Below are positions 27,928 through 38,428 of a DNA stretch of 64,000 nucleotides, piece after piece. Position 1 is the first letter of the stretch. Each line of letters opens with the position of its first letter. The notes under the pieces are model-generated. The model ran no database searches. It was not told the origin of the DNA and saw only the letters and a list, made by a program, of their open reading frames with translations. The translations under genes and the position numbers were made by a program. The stretch is from an uncultured bacterium (GTDB taxonomy: Bacteria; Bacteroidota; Ignavibacteria; Kapaibacteriales; UBA4661): NCBI GenBank assembly GCA_937899715.1, contig CALCNX010000034.1, positions 2,339-66,338 on the forward strand, read 5' to 3'.

Positions 27928-29295
27928 TTATTTCGCCAATTCTTCGTAAAAGAATGCCGAAGCGCTAATGCCGCGATAAAAGTTTTTCAACGTGAAGTGT
28001 TCATCCGGCGAGTGTAGGTTTTCCGTATTCAAGCCCATACCCATCAGCACCACAGGCGCGTTCAGGATATTTTGAAAGAGTAGCACAATCGGAATGGAAC
28101 CACCCTCGCGTGTCAAAAGCGGCTTTTTGCCAAAGGCTCTCTCCATTGCGCGGAGAGCTGCTTTTACGCCTTTGCTGTCAATCGGCGTAATAGCAGGGTT
28201 TCCACCGTGCAAGTTTGTAACTTCTACGTGAACCGTTGGCGGCGCAATGCGGCGAACATACGCCTCAAATTTTTTTGCAATGTCGTCAGTATTTTGATTT
28301 GGAACGAGACGCATCGAAATTTTAGCAGAAGCCTTCGCCGGAAGCACCGTTTTTGCGCCCTCCCCTGTGAAACCGCCCCAAATGCCATTCACGTCCAATG
28401 TCGGACGGGCAGAGGTTTTTTCGAGTGTGTTATATCCAAATTCGCCGTCGGTGGCGGGAATGTTGAGTTCTTTGCAGTATTGCGCTTCATCGTGCGGTAA
28501 TTGCGCGTATTCTCTCCGCTCCTCATGCGTGAGTGGAAGCACATCGTCGTAAAAGCCCGGAATGGTGATGCGCCCGTAATCATCTATGAGCTTTGTAATG
28601 ATGCTTGCAAGCGCATTCGCAGGATTCGCCACCGCACCGCCAAATACGCCAGAATGAAGGTCACGATTGGGTCCGGTAACAGTTACTTCCATGTAGGAAA
28701 GCCCACGCAGCCCGTAGCAAAGCGACGGCACTTCATCGGCAAACATAGCAGTATCGGAAATAAGCACAGTGTCGGCAGCAAGCATTTGCGCGTGTTTGCG
28801 CAAGAATTCCTCCAAGTGTACGCTCCCAATTTCTTCTTCCCCTTCGATTAACACTTTGACGTTCACGGGCAATTTTCCATTGGTTTTCAAGTGCGCTTCG
28901 ATGCTTTTCAACTGCATAAAGACTTGCCCCTTGTCATCCACTGCGCCCCGTGCGAAAATTTTCCCGTCGCGGACAGTCGGCTCAAAAGGAGCGCTTGTCC
29001 AGAGGTGGAGCGGGTCAACGGGCTGCACGTCATAGTGCCCATAAAAAAGCACCGTCGGCGCATCCTTTCCGGCGTGAAGATGTTCACCATAAACGACAGG
29101 ATGCCCTTCGGTGGGAAAAATTTGGATATTTTCCAAACCGATAGATTTCATGCTGCCCGCGACCCACTCGGCGCAACGCACTATATCGCCCTTCCGCTCC
29201 GGGTCAGTGCTGATGCTAGGAATTCGCAGAAAATCTTTTAATTCTTCAAGATAGATTGATTGATTATTTTCGATGTACGCCAGAAGATTGGTCAT
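27928..29295 (-). CDS. M20-family dipeptidase
   Basis: FYGHYDVQPVDP...ARGAVDDKGQ and EGEEEIGS metal-ligand motifs of the peptidase M20 (ArgE/DapE/PepV) family, 455 aa. Confidence 0.85.
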   Translation of the reverse strand: MTNLLAYIENNQSIYLEELKDFLRIPSISTDPERKGDIVRCAEWVAGSMKSIGLENIQIFPTEGHPVVYGEHLHAGKDAPTVLFYGHYDVQPVDPLHLWTSAPFEPTVRDGKIFARGAVDDKGQVFMQLKSIEAHLKTNGKLPVNVKVLIEGEEEIGSVHLEEFLRKHAQMLAADTVLISDTAMFADEVPSLCYGLRGLSYMEVTVTGPNRDLHSGVFGGAVANPANALASIITKLIDDYGRITIPGFYDDVLPLTHEERREYAQLPHDEAQYCKELNIPATDGEFGYNTLEKTSARPTLDVNGIWGGFTGEGAKTVLPAKASAKISMRLVPNQNTDDIAKKFEAYVRRIAPPTVHVEVTNLHGGNPAITPIDSKGVKAALRAMERAFGKKPLLTREGGSIPIVLLFQNILNAPVVLMGMGLNTENLHSPDEHFTLKNFYRGISASAFFYEELAK

Positions 29296-29320
29296 AAACG
29301 CATCCTTGAGAGAGTAAAAA

Positions 29321-29753
29321 TGTGGTAAAAAGAAAATCTTGTGGAAAAGTATGTGTAAAGAGGGAAATCTTGTGGAAAACTTCGGCTCTTTTCTTCGTTG
29401 TATTAAATATCACCAAAGCCCGTTATAATGCCACTTTCAAACACACAAGAAAATACAAAATAGCGTCAAGTATGGTAATAACCAAGATGACTTTTCCACG
29501 CCGTGATTTTTTAGCAAAGTTTTCCACACACTTTCCCCGTATGTGCAAAACTACCGTGAAAAATGAGAGGACAGTCACGGGAAAAGCCATTACCACATTA
29601 TCCACATATCCACAATATTTCATACTTTCCCCCAAGTGTGTTTAGAATCATAGAATTTTGCAGAACTTATCCAGTGTGTAGAATGTTGTGGATAATATCG
29701 TTCAGCCAAGAACTGAAGCAACTTCAGAACAATCTAAACAGTTGTTTTCCACT
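29321..29753. other. DnaA-box cluster (candidate oriC or DnaA-control locus)
   Basis: Perfect boxes: TTATCCACA at 29598-29606 and TGTGGATAA at 29687-29695. One-mismatch boxes at 29340-29348, 29371-29379, 29520-29528 and 29606-29614. Two-mismatch boxes at 29321-29329, 29492-29500, 29667-29675 and 29745-29753. Confidence 0.6.
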
Positions 29754-30039
29754 TTTCCCCATTCTTATCGGTGGACTTTAGAAAATATTCAACTCTTCTT
29801 CAAGAATAAGAAAGATACCGCCATATCGTAGATTGTGCTTGACGAAAGTGCAAAGGAAAATAGAAACACTAATATTTCGGAAGGAACGAGATTTTTGAAA
29901 ATTTGATAACGACAAACGAGAGTTTTTCCGTAAATTCAAGGTTTGCCGCTTTTCTTCATTGTCCAAGAATTTCGCTGTGAATACCACGCCTACAAGCACC
30001 ACCACTGCCGAAGTATCATCACCAGTCGTCTTGTCTCCG

Positions 30040-32838
30040 ATGGACGTACTTTCTACCCCTTCACCACGCCGCACAATAGCTGTGCGTGGCGCGAGGCAGC
30101 ACAATCTCAAGAATGTTTCGATTGACCTTCCGCGTAACAAACTCATCGTCGTGACGGGCGTGAGCGGTTCCGGGAAGTCATCACTGGCATTCGACACCAT
30201 CTATGCCGAGGGGCAGCGCCGCTTTGTGGAATCGCTCTCTGCATATGCGCGGCAGTTTTTGGAGCGCATGAACAAACCGGATGTGGATGTTATCACCGGA
30301 ATTCCCCCCGCTATTGCGATTCAGCAAAAGACGATTTCCCGTAATCCTCGCTCGACCGTTGGCACCACAACCGAAGTCTATGATTATATGCGACTTCTCT
30401 GGGGACGTATTGGCGAGACGTATTGCAATGTCTCCGGCAAGCGTGTTCGCAAAGACACGCCTGAATCAGCTTTAGCAGACATTCGTTCCGCCACACAGAA
30501 TGATGAACGGGTGTATATCCTTTTTCCGCTTCAGAACCACGACCAACACTCGCTTCAAGACGAAATTGAGAACATCAAGCAGCAGGGTTTTTTTCGTGTG
30601 GTGCTGAAAAATGACGATACGATTCTCGACCTGAATACGGACACTCTTCCACCGAAAACGCTCAAGAGTGATGTTTTTGTGCTTGTTGACCGCATTATTT
30701 TTCGAGATGATGCCGACGTTCAAACGCGCCTGAACGATTCGTTGGAGCTCTCTTTCGTGCAAGGTGCGGGGCGCTGCGTGGTGCGGAATATCACCACCAA
30801 AACCGACCTCAAATTTAGCAATATCTACGAATGTGCCACAAGCGGTATCGTTTATGACGAGCCGCAGCCACGCCTTTTCTCCTTCAATAATCCGCTTGGT
30901 GCTTGCCCAACGTGCGAAGGCTTTGGGCGCACAATGGGTATTGATGAAGATTTGGTGATTCCCAATAAACAAAAATCTCTTGCTGATGGCGCAGTGCAGC
31001 CTTTCCAAACTCCTACAAATATCAAATACCAAGAGACGCTTCTGGCTGAAGGAAATAAACGCGGAATCAATCTGGATGTGCCCGTAAGCAGTCTTTCTCC
31101 TGAGGATTTTGATTTTGTCTGGAATGGCGGTGGCAAGTTCGCAGGTGTGAAGGGTTTTTTCCGAATGGTCGAGGATAATTACCAGAAAATGCACTATCGG
31201 GTGCTGATGAGTCGTTATCGTGGCTACACACGCTGCCACGAATGCGGCGGTTCACGCCTGAAACTCTCGGCTCGGCAAACCTTTGTCGGCGGTAAGAATA
31301 TTCCCGCCGTCGTGAACATGACGCTTGAAGAAGCGGGCGATTTTTTCCAAAATTTGCAATTGAGTGATTTTCAAACCGCCATCGCAGAACGAATTTTGAA
31401 GGAGATTACCGTTCGTTTGGAGCTTCTAAACCGCATGGGACTTGGGTATTTGACGCTTGACCGCCTTGCTCATACGCTTTCGGGTGGTGAGGTGCAGCGT
31501 ATCAATCTTGCTACTTCTATTGGTTCTTCGCTCGTCGGAGCGCTCTATGTTCTTGACGAACCCAGTATTGGTCTGCATCCCAGAGACACCGACCGCATGA
31601 TAAGCGTTATGGAGCGCCTTCGGAATATGGGCAATACGGTGATTGTGGTCGAACACGACGAAGACATCATGCGCCGCGCTGATATGCTGGTGGATATGGG
31701 ACCTCGTGCCGGAGAACACGGCGGAGAAATTATTTTTCAAGGAACGCACGAAGAGATTTTGAGGCATGAGGAATCGCTGACAGGCAAGTATTTGTCAACT
31801 CGCCTCAGTATTCCCATTCCTAAAGCTCGCAATAAAGGCAATGGTAAGCACCTTACCGTCAAAGATGCGTACGAAAATAATTTGAAGCACATTGACGTAG
31901 AAATCCCACTCGGTGCAATGGTCGTGGTAACGGGTGTGAGCGGTTCGGGAAAATCCACGTTTGTCCATAGCGTGTTTTACAACGGGCTTTTGCGTAAACT
32001 TGGTCAGCCAGTACAGTCTGTGGGCAAGCATACGAACATTCTTGGTGTGGAGCAGATTCAGCACGTAGAAATGGTTGACCAATCACCCATTGGGAAATCG
32101 CCCCGCTCTACGCCTGCCACATACACCAAAGCATTCGATTATATCCGTGACCTCTTCGCTATGACGCAAGCCGCAAAACAGCTTGGTTGGAAAGCAGGTT
32201 CTTTCTCGTTCAACGTGCCGGGCGGGCGCTGCGAGACCTGTCAGGGCGACGGTATGGTCAAAATTGAAATGCAGTTTTTGGCAGATTTGTATCTTGAATG
32301 TGAGGACTGTAGAGGAACACGCTATAAAAAAGAAGCGCATGGCATCCATTGGCGTGGAAAATCCATCGTGGATGTACTCAGCATGACGATCGATGAGGCA
32401 GTCGAATTTTTTGTCGGTGAAGACCGCATTACTTCTCGCTTGGAGACCTTGCAAAAAGTCGGCTTGGGGTATATGCGCATGGGGCAGCCCGGCACAACGC
32501 TTTCCGGTGGTGAGGCGCAGCGCGTCAAGCTGGCATCGCACTTGCAGGAAAAATCAACGGAATCCACACTCTTTATTTTTGATGAACCCACCACAGGGCT
32601 TCATTTCGACGATATTGCCAAATTGATTTCCTGCTTTCAAGAACTGGTCGGGCGCGGTCATTCGCTGGTCATCGTGGAGCATAATACCGATGTGATGAAA
32701 TGCGCCGATTGGATTATTGATATGGGACCCGAAGCCGGAGCCGGTGGCGGTACTGTTGTCGCTGAAGGTACGCCGGAAGATGTAGCGCGAGTGGAAGCCT
32801 CGCACACAGGGCGATTTTTACGAGAGATTTTGAAGTGA
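30040..32838 (+). CDS. uvrA: excinuclease ABC subunit A
   Basis: [30 protein letters not shown], a second Walker [13 protein letters not shown], two LSGGE signatures, and zinc-finger CxxC pairs. Start placed at ATG 30040. Confidence 0.95.
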   Translation: MDVLSTPSPRRTIAVRGARQHNLKNVSIDLPRNKLIVVTGVSGSGKSSLAFDTIYAEGQRRFVESLSAYARQFLERMNKPDVDVITGIPPAIAIQQKTISRNPRSTVGTTTEVYDYMRLLWGRIGETYCNVSGKRVRKDTPESALADIRSATQNDERVYILFPLQNHDQHSLQDEIENIKQQGFFRVVLKNDDTILDLNTDTLPPKTLKSDVFVLVDRIIFRDDADVQTRLNDSLELSFVQGAGRCVVRNITTKTDLKFSNIYECATSGIVYDEPQPRLFSFNNPLGACPTCEGFGRTMGIDEDLVIPNKQKSLADGAVQPFQTPTNIKYQETLLAEGNKRGINLDVPVSSLSPEDFDFVWNGGGKFAGVKGFFRMVEDNYQKMHYRVLMSRYRGYTRCHECGGSRLKLSARQTFVGGKNIPAVVNMTLEEAGDFFQNLQLSDFQTAIAERILKEITVRLELLNRMGLGYLTLDRLAHTLSGGEVQRINLATSIGSSLVGALYVLDEPSIGLHPRDTDRMISVMERLRNMGNTVIVVEHDEDIMRRADMLVDMGPRAGEHGGEIIFQGTHEEILRHEESLTGKYLSTRLSIPIPKARNKGNGKHLTVKDAYENNLKHIDVEIPLGAMVVVTGVSGSGKSTFVHSVFYNGLLRKLGQPVQSVGKHTNILGVEQIQHVEMVDQSPIGKSPRSTPATYTKAFDYIRDLFAMTQAAKQLGWKAGSFSFNVPGGRCETCQGDGMVKIEMQFLADLYLECEDCRGTRYKKEAHGIHWRGKSIVDVLSMTIDEAVEFFVGEDRITSRLETLQKVGLGYMRMGQPGTTLSGGEAQRVKLASHLQEKSTESTLFIFDEPTTGLHFDDIAKLISCFQELVGRGHSLVIVEHNTDVMKCADWIIDMGPEAGAGGGTVVAEGTPEDVARVEASHTGRFLREILK

Positions 32839-32959
32839 TTTTTTGCAAAAAAGTAATTGAAACGTAAGCTCTTATAAGCCAAAATTATTGTTAGTTTTAA
32901 TACTAGCCCTAAAATAACGATATTTTTTATTGATATTTCCTCATTATTTCAGCAATGTT

Positions 32960-35536
32960 ATGACTCGTATCCTCTCCATGTTTCTTGTTTTTCTTGTCTC
33001 CGCAACGTTGCTTCATGCGCAGCCCACGGAGGTAATGAATGCTGCAAAGCTCCAAAATTCTCTCAAAAAGCTGAATATGCTTGGCAGTGTGCTCTATGTG
33101 GCAGCGCACCCCGACGATGAAAACACAGCGTTTATTGCGTATTGTGCTAATGAACGTCTCTTTCGCACAACCTACCTTTCGATGACGCGGGGCGACGGTG
33201 GGCAAAATATCATCGGCAGCGAGCAATCGGAATTGCTTGGTATTATTCGCACCCAAGAACTTCTTGCCGCACGGCGCATGGATGGCGGCGAACAAATGTT
33301 CACGCGGGCGCTGGACTTTGGGTATTCCAAGACACCGGAAGAAACCTTCAAAATATGGGGCAAAGACCGCATCCTTGCTGATGTTGTCTGGGCAATTCGC
33401 AAAATGCGTCCCGATGTGATTGTAACGCGCTTCCCGACGACAGGCGAAGGCGGACATGGGCATCACACCGCTTCAGCGATTCTTGCCGGAGAAGCATTTA
33501 CCGCCGCTGGAGACCCGAATCGTTTTCCCGAACAATTAAAATATGTCAAAGTGTGGCAACCGAAACGCCTTCTCTGGAATGCATGGCTGCCTATTATCGA
33601 AGCACGCAAAGCTAATCCTGCCTTGTACCCTTCCCTTGACCTCAGCGCCTACAACCCGCTTCTGGGCAAGTCCGCCACGGAATTGGCTGCTGAAAGCCGC
33701 TCCATGCACAAGAGTCAGGGCTTCGGCGTAAGCGCTCTGCGTGGCGAAACGCTTAATTATTTTGAATTCTTGGCAGGTGATTCAGCCAAAGGTGATATTT
33801 TTTCCGGCGTGGATATGTCGTGGAATCGTATCAAAGGCGGCGCAGAAATTGGAAAATTGTTGGACGAAGCGAGCAAAAAATTCCAGCCGGAAAATCCTGC
33901 CGCTATTCTGCCAATTCTCGTGAAAGCGTATAAAGCCATGAACGATGTGCAGAAATCCACGAGCGAAGATTATTGGATTCCGCAAAAACGCAAGGAACTT
34001 TTGGAAGTGATACGCTCCTGTGCCGGGATGTGGATTGAGGCGATTGCTCAGAATCAACCGCAGCAAGGCGAGACGGGGTATTCCGGCGTTCCATCAGGTA
34101 CGGTGCGCATTGCAGCTTCGATTGTCAACCGTTCCAATAGCGCCGTTGTCCTGAAGCGCGTTTTGTTTCCGTTTGCAGGAGATTCGGTTGTGAATAAAGA
34201 ACTTCAGCGCGGCAAGTACCAAACTATTACCGTTACCAAGACTATTCCCGCTTCGACACCGCTTTCGCAACCCTACTGGCTCCAAAGTGCACCGGAAAAA
34301 GGAACGTTTACGGTGAATGACCAAACGCTTATCGGGCTGCCGGAGAATAAAGCGGCGTTGGAAGTGTCGTTTGTAGCGGCTATTGGTGGCGAAGAAATTA
34401 CGTTTACCGTGCCTGTGTTGCACAGGCGCACCGACCGTGTGCTGGGCGAATTGTATCGTCCATTTGCGGTTGTACCGCACGTGGCATTAAACCTTGGTCA
34501 GCGCTCGTTTCTTTTTGCGGATTCATCCGGCAAAGAAGTAAGCGTTCTGGTGCAAGCAAATACACCGAAAGCCGTTGGCACGGTGCGTTTGCGCTTGCCC
34601 GATGGCTGGAAAGTTACGCCGGAACAGGTTTCATTCACCCTTGCCAATAAGGGCGATGAAATGCGGGCTGTTTTTAGCGTCAAACCACCTCAAGTGTCGG
34701 TGAACCCCGATGAATTCTTGACTGCCGAAGCTACCGTCGGCACGACTTCTACTGTGACCGTGAGCAAAGGAATGACGACGATTTCTTACACTCATATTCC
34801 TGCTCAAACAATCTTTCCAGATGCAAAAGCTCGTCTCGTGCGGGTTGAGCTTCGGAAAACTGCAAAAAACATTGGCTATATTGACGGAGCAAGTGATGAC
34901 GTTGCAGAATATCTAAAGCAAGCGGGCTTTGCTGTCACCTTGCTTTCCGATGACGACATTGAAACTGGGAATTTGTCGCGCTTTGATGCGATTGTGAGCG
35001 GTATTCGTGTCTATAACGATAATGCCCGCCCGCGCTTGCGTCAGCAATACCACCGCTTGATGGATTATGTAGCTCAGGGTGGAACAATGATTGTGCAGTA
35101 TCAGCTTTCGTCGGGCTTGGTAACTGATAGTATCGGACCATATCCGTTCACTATTTCCCGCGACCGTGTTACGGAAGAAGATGCTGCGGTAAAGTTTCTG
35201 AAAGCAAATCATCCTGTTTTGACAACGCCAAATGTGATTACAGCGCAAGATTTTGAAGGTTGGGTGCAGGAGCGCGGTTTGTACTTTGCCAATAAATGGG
35301 ACGACCGCTACGAAACGATTTTGTCCTGCAACGACGCAGGCGAGCCGGAGAAAAAAGGCGGTATGCTGCTTGCACGGCACGGCAAAGGTGCGTTTATCTA
35401 CACTGGATATGCGTGGTTCCGTCAGCTTCCGGCGGGCGTTCCGGGTGCATATCGATTGTTTGTTAATTTGCTTCATGCCTCACAAACACTCAATGCAGCA
35501 GGAAATCAACCAACAAAAGGTGACCAGAAAAAGTAG
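32960..35536 (+). CDS. PIG-L/LmbE-family deacetylase, long secreted form
   Basis: Start at ATG 32960 with a signal peptide. VAAHPDDENTAFI...MTRGDGGQN...GGHGHH motifs of the PIG-L family. Long C-terminal extension, 858 aa total. Confidence 0.75.
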   Translation: MTRILSMFLVFLVSATLLHAQPTEVMNAAKLQNSLKKLNMLGSVLYVAAHPDDENTAFIAYCANERLFRTTYLSMTRGDGGQNIIGSEQSELLGIIRTQELLAARRMDGGEQMFTRALDFGYSKTPEETFKIWGKDRILADVVWAIRKMRPDVIVTRFPTTGEGGHGHHTASAILAGEAFTAAGDPNRFPEQLKYVKVWQPKRLLWNAWLPIIEARKANPALYPSLDLSAYNPLLGKSATELAAESRSMHKSQGFGVSALRGETLNYFEFLAGDSAKGDIFSGVDMSWNRIKGGAEIGKLLDEASKKFQPENPAAILPILVKAYKAMNDVQKSTSEDYWIPQKRKELLEVIRSCAGMWIEAIAQNQPQQGETGYSGVPSGTVRIAASIVNRSNSAVVLKRVLFPFAGDSVVNKELQRGKYQTITVTKTIPASTPLSQPYWLQSAPEKGTFTVNDQTLIGLPENKAALEVSFVAAIGGEEITFTVPVLHRRTDRVLGELYRPFAVVPHVALNLGQRSFLFADSSGKEVSVLVQANTPKAVGTVRLRLPDGWKVTPEQVSFTLANKGDEMRAVFSVKPPQVSVNPDEFLTAEATVGTTSTVTVSKGMTTISYTHIPAQTIFPDAKARLVRVELRKTAKNIGYIDGASDDVAEYLKQAGFAVTLLSDDDIETGNLSRFDAIVSGIRVYNDNARPRLRQQYHRLMDYVAQGGTMIVQYQLSSGLVTDSIGPYPFTISRDRVTEEDAAVKFLKANHPVLTTPNVITAQDFEGWVQERGLYFANKWDDRYETILSCNDAGEPEKKGGMLLARHGKGAFIYTGYAWFRQLPAGVPGAYRLFVNLLHASQTLNAAGNQPTKGDQKK

Positions 35537-35557
35537 TCAGAACATATAGCTTCGACG

Positions 35558-36385
35558 CTATCGGAAAGCACGGAGAAGAGCTTCAGCACATTCTTCAAAG
35601 GAAACGGTGCGCTGAAGCACTTCTTCTAGCGTCGTGGAGCGCTCGCCAATCGTCCGGCGGATTTGCTCGCGTTCCGCGCTGGTGTGCAAATTCAAAACGT
35701 CTGCAAGGCGCTCATGTCCTGCACCAAGCAAGATAGAGCCGTGTTGCAAGACAACGTTTCCGTAAATTTTTTGCGCACTTCCAACGACTTTTTGTGCGCC
35801 ACGCACGATTTCAAAACGCGCCGAACTAGCAAAACATGGCATTGCAACAGTTCCGCTTTTGTAATGTGCCCGAAAATCAGGCTGTTTTTTTTCAAAGTCA
35901 AGCATTGTTGCGCCTAAAGTATGAAGCCCCCGAAGCAAGAGGATATGCACATCGCGGTAAATATCGTGAGCGCTGCGCTTGGGAGCGGAACTTGTGGTAA
36001 GCGGCAGAACAACAGAGTACGTGAGTTCATTGGCATGAACGATTGCCCGTCCGCCCGTCGGACGACGGACAATCTCTATTCCCTGCCGCTCGCAAGCTCG
36101 CTCATCAATATCACTGCTGCGCTGATGCGCTCCAAGCGAGACTGCGTAAGGTTTCCACGAATAAAGGCGGAGCATTGGTTTTGCCTCGCCGGAAGCAAGC
36201 GCTAGTGCGCGGTGGTGGTCAATATCCATATTCGTTTGCGGCACATATTCAGGATGCACGAAAACATCAAGCTCTTCTGCGCTTTTTATGCCAAAGAGGT
36301 CGAAGATGTAGCTTTCATTGATGTAGCTTTCGCTCCTTGTTGTTCCTTGCGGCTCTGCTTCAAAAATGTTTATCATATCTTCCAT
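35558..36385 (-). CDS. lipoate-protein ligase / octanoyltransferase family protein (BPL/LPL catalytic domain)
   Basis: LRLYSWKPYAVSLGAHQ...IVRRPTGGRAIVH...KVVGSAQK pattern typical of LplA/LipB-type enzymes. Confidence 0.7.
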   Translation of the reverse strand: MEDMINIFEAEPQGTTRSESYINESYIFDLFGIKSAEELDVFVHPEYVPQTNMDIDHHRALALASGEAKPMLRLYSWKPYAVSLGAHQRSSDIDERACERQGIEIVRRPTGGRAIVHANELTYSVVLPLTTSSAPKRSAHDIYRDVHILLLRGLHTLGATMLDFEKKQPDFRAHYKSGTVAMPCFASSARFEIVRGAQKVVGSAQKIYGNVVLQHGSILLGAGHERLADVLNLHTSAEREQIRRTIGERSTTLEEVLQRTVSFEECAEALLRAFR

Positions 36386-36414
36386 TATTGTTTGTCATTT
36401 TCTTCCAAACCGCT

Positions 36415-36621
36415 ATGAATTTCACGTATATCACTGCTCGAATGGCATTTGTTTCCGAACTCATCGAAAAAATTTCCCATCTTCCGTTATTTATTCAGGT
36501 TGTACTCGCTGTAATTGCAGTTGGTATTGGCTTTGCCATTTTGAAAAAACTTATTAAGGTTGTTATTTGGCTCGTCATTATCGGGGTAGCAATTATTGCG
36601 TACCTTACTTATTTCCGATAG
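36415..36621 (+). CDS. small two-helix membrane protein
   Basis: ATG at 36415. Two hydrophobic helices (LFIQVVLAVIAVGIGFAIL and VVIWLVIIGVAIIAYL). No homology recognised. Confidence 0.4.
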   Translation: MNFTYITARMAFVSELIEKISHLPLFIQVVLAVIAVGIGFAILKKLIKVVIWLVIIGVAIIAYLTYFR

Positions 36622-36638
36622 GCTTGGGTCTTCAGACG

Positions 36639-36923
36639 TTAGCGCCGCACGGTGAATTCTGAAAACTCTCCTGTTGCATCAGAATACTGCGTTCTATGCC
36701 GCATAACTTCTGCAAAACGCGGTCCTTCGAGAAGGAGCGCGAGAAATTCATCAAGCACTTCCCTCTTTCCTTCGGCGACGGTAAGTACATCGCCGTTTGC
36801 CAGATTCTGCGTCCAGCCCTTGAGTTGGAGGTGTTCTGCTTGTGCAACGACGAAAGCCCGATAGCCCACGCCTTGAACTCTGCCGGAGACACAAATTTCT
36901 ATACGATGTTCTGCACGCTGCAT
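36639..36923 (-). CDS. acyP: acylphosphatase
   Basis: 94 aa with the signature VSGRVQGVGYR and a later GWTQNLANGDV motif. Confidence 0.85.
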   Translation of the reverse strand: MQRAEHRIEICVSGRVQGVGYRAFVVAQAEHLQLKGWTQNLANGDVLTVAEGKREVLDEFLALLLEGPRFAEVMRHRTQYSDATGEFSEFTVRR

Positions 36924-36962
36924 TGAGGATACTCTCGAAGGTCAAAAAAATGAGGATTAAAT

Positions 36963-36992
36963 AAAAAAGGCTTCCAGAAATTTCTGAAAGCC
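36963..36992 (-). terminator. intrinsic terminator after the monooxygenase-like gene
   Basis: Hairpin GGCTTCCAGA...TCTGAAAGCC (36969-36992, one mismatch). On the minus strand it is followed by T6 (A-run 36963-36968 on +). Confidence 0.6.
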
Positions 36993-37017
36993 CTTGTCAA
37001 TACTGGGGTTTGCAATG

Positions 37018-38391
37018 TTAGTAATAATAACCGAAAATAAAATTCATCTCATCCGATGAGCGGAAACCAAAGGTTACGGTTTCGCTGGTATCGTTGTAGT
37101 ACGTCACGATAGATTTCAAGCCCTCGCCACGCCGAAGTACAATTGGGTTCGCAAAGTTCAGGAGCGGCGGGTTAAGCCAGTTTGTCGCCGTATAGACAAT
37201 CTCGCCATCACGCGCTCCACCGACAATTTGCGTGACAAATTTTTTGCCCATGCGGTGCGTATGGGAGGTCAGTCCGATAATGTTGACCACACTATCGCGG
37301 CTGCTAAAGGTATCCTGTCCGCTTCCAGAGCCGCCTCCGCCAACGCGGAACGTGGTTTCTACGACGGTTTCGCGTTTTGGCTGAAGGAAAAGGTTGAAAA
37401 AGCCAAGTTGCAAGGGACGAATGAACGTCTTGACACGGTCAGCGGTCGTGGTGTGGATATTGAAAACAACTTCGCCGCGAATGGTGTCGCGTGTGCCGTT
37501 GGTGTAGTGCGAGTTGAAGTCCAGAAGCCAGTTTGCCGGAATACGCATTGCCATTCCTTCGGGAAACTGAATGGTTTCTGCTTTGAGCTGCGAAGCGATA
37601 AGGAACGTGCGACCGGACATTTCGGGGAAGCGCTCGGGAATAAGCTGACCATTGGGCAAATACAAATCGCGGATGATATTTGCTTGGGGCATACTGCGTC
37701 CTGCTCTTGCGGGGTCATACCCGTACAAGATAAAATGGTGACTGCGGTCGCGCTGAACCATCTCGAATTTGGTCATAATCAATTCTTGGGTGTTTTGCCG
37801 CGCGAAGTAGATTTCGCGCTCGTTCTGCGGTGCTATGCCAAAGGGGTCAAGGCGCATCTGAACGCCTTGCGCCGGAGGGGGAAGCGTGAGAATCTCGTTT
37901 TGCGAGCGAGTATCTTCCAGAAGTTTTGCATCGGCAACCGTTCCATTTTTTGGCGCTCCCGCAGCAATCCAGAATTTGATAAAATCAAGTTGCCCTGCGG
38001 TGATTGCCCGCGAACCAAGCGGCATCGGGCTTCCGTAGCCGTCGGAAGCGTGTATGTTTGCGCTGTCTAGCTTGTTGTAAAGGAAACTTTTGTATGGGTC
38101 GCCTACCTTCACGCGCAAGAGTTTGTCCGCTTTTGCATTTTGATTTGTTGGTGTCGCACCGACAAGATTTTGATATGCCACAGATGGCGATAAATCTAAG
38201 CCGCCGGTTGCGTTGCGCGAATCATGACAGCCGCTTGTAGCGCAGTTGGGCGTGAGAACTTTTTCTTGCAAGAGGGCAAAACTGGAACCTGCTTCAGGCA
38301 AATCGTTTGTGCCGCTAATGTTGCACGATGCCAGTATCCATGCGCACACTACAAACGCAAGAATATGTAGAGAAGGTAGGAAACGGGGCAT
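37018..38391 (-). CDS. copper type II ascorbate-dependent monooxygenase-like (PHM/DBH family) lipoprotein with N-terminal CX4CH motif
   Basis: Lipobox ILASC. CATSGCH motif. Cu-ligand motifs RSHHFILYGY, NSHYT, TSHTHRMG and SSDEMNFIFGYYY. The first His of HTH and the Met are 72 residues apart. Confidence 0.7.
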   Translation of the reverse strand: MPRFLPSLHILAFVVCAWILASCNISGTNDLPEAGSSFALLQEKVLTPNCATSGCHDSRNATGGLDLSPSVAYQNLVGATPTNQNAKADKLLRVKVGDPYKSFLYNKLDSANIHASDGYGSPMPLGSRAITAGQLDFIKFWIAAGAPKNGTVADAKLLEDTRSQNEILTLPPPAQGVQMRLDPFGIAPQNEREIYFARQNTQELIMTKFEMVQRDRSHHFILYGYDPARAGRSMPQANIIRDLYLPNGQLIPERFPEMSGRTFLIASQLKAETIQFPEGMAMRIPANWLLDFNSHYTNGTRDTIRGEVVFNIHTTTADRVKTFIRPLQLGFFNLFLQPKRETVVETTFRVGGGGSGSGQDTFSSRDSVVNIIGLTSHTHRMGKKFVTQIVGGARDGEIVYTATNWLNPPLLNFANPIVLRRGEGLKSIVTYYNDTSETVTFGFRSSDEMNFIFGYYY

Positions 38392-38428
38392 AGACGGATG
38401 GTAAAAAGGTATGACAAAAGTGAGATTA

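Noticed and set aside
29322-29645. 107-aa plus-strand ORF in the peptidase-uvrA gap
   Set aside because: It overlaps most of the DnaA-box cluster and starts with a non-ATG codon. Its product is Lys/Thr-rich with no motif, so it more likely sits in non-coding DNA that happens to lack stops.
32839-32852. TTTTTTGCAAAAAA palindrome right after the uvrA stop as a terminator
   Set aside because: The stem would be almost pure A-T with no loop, which is too weak to call an intrinsic terminator.
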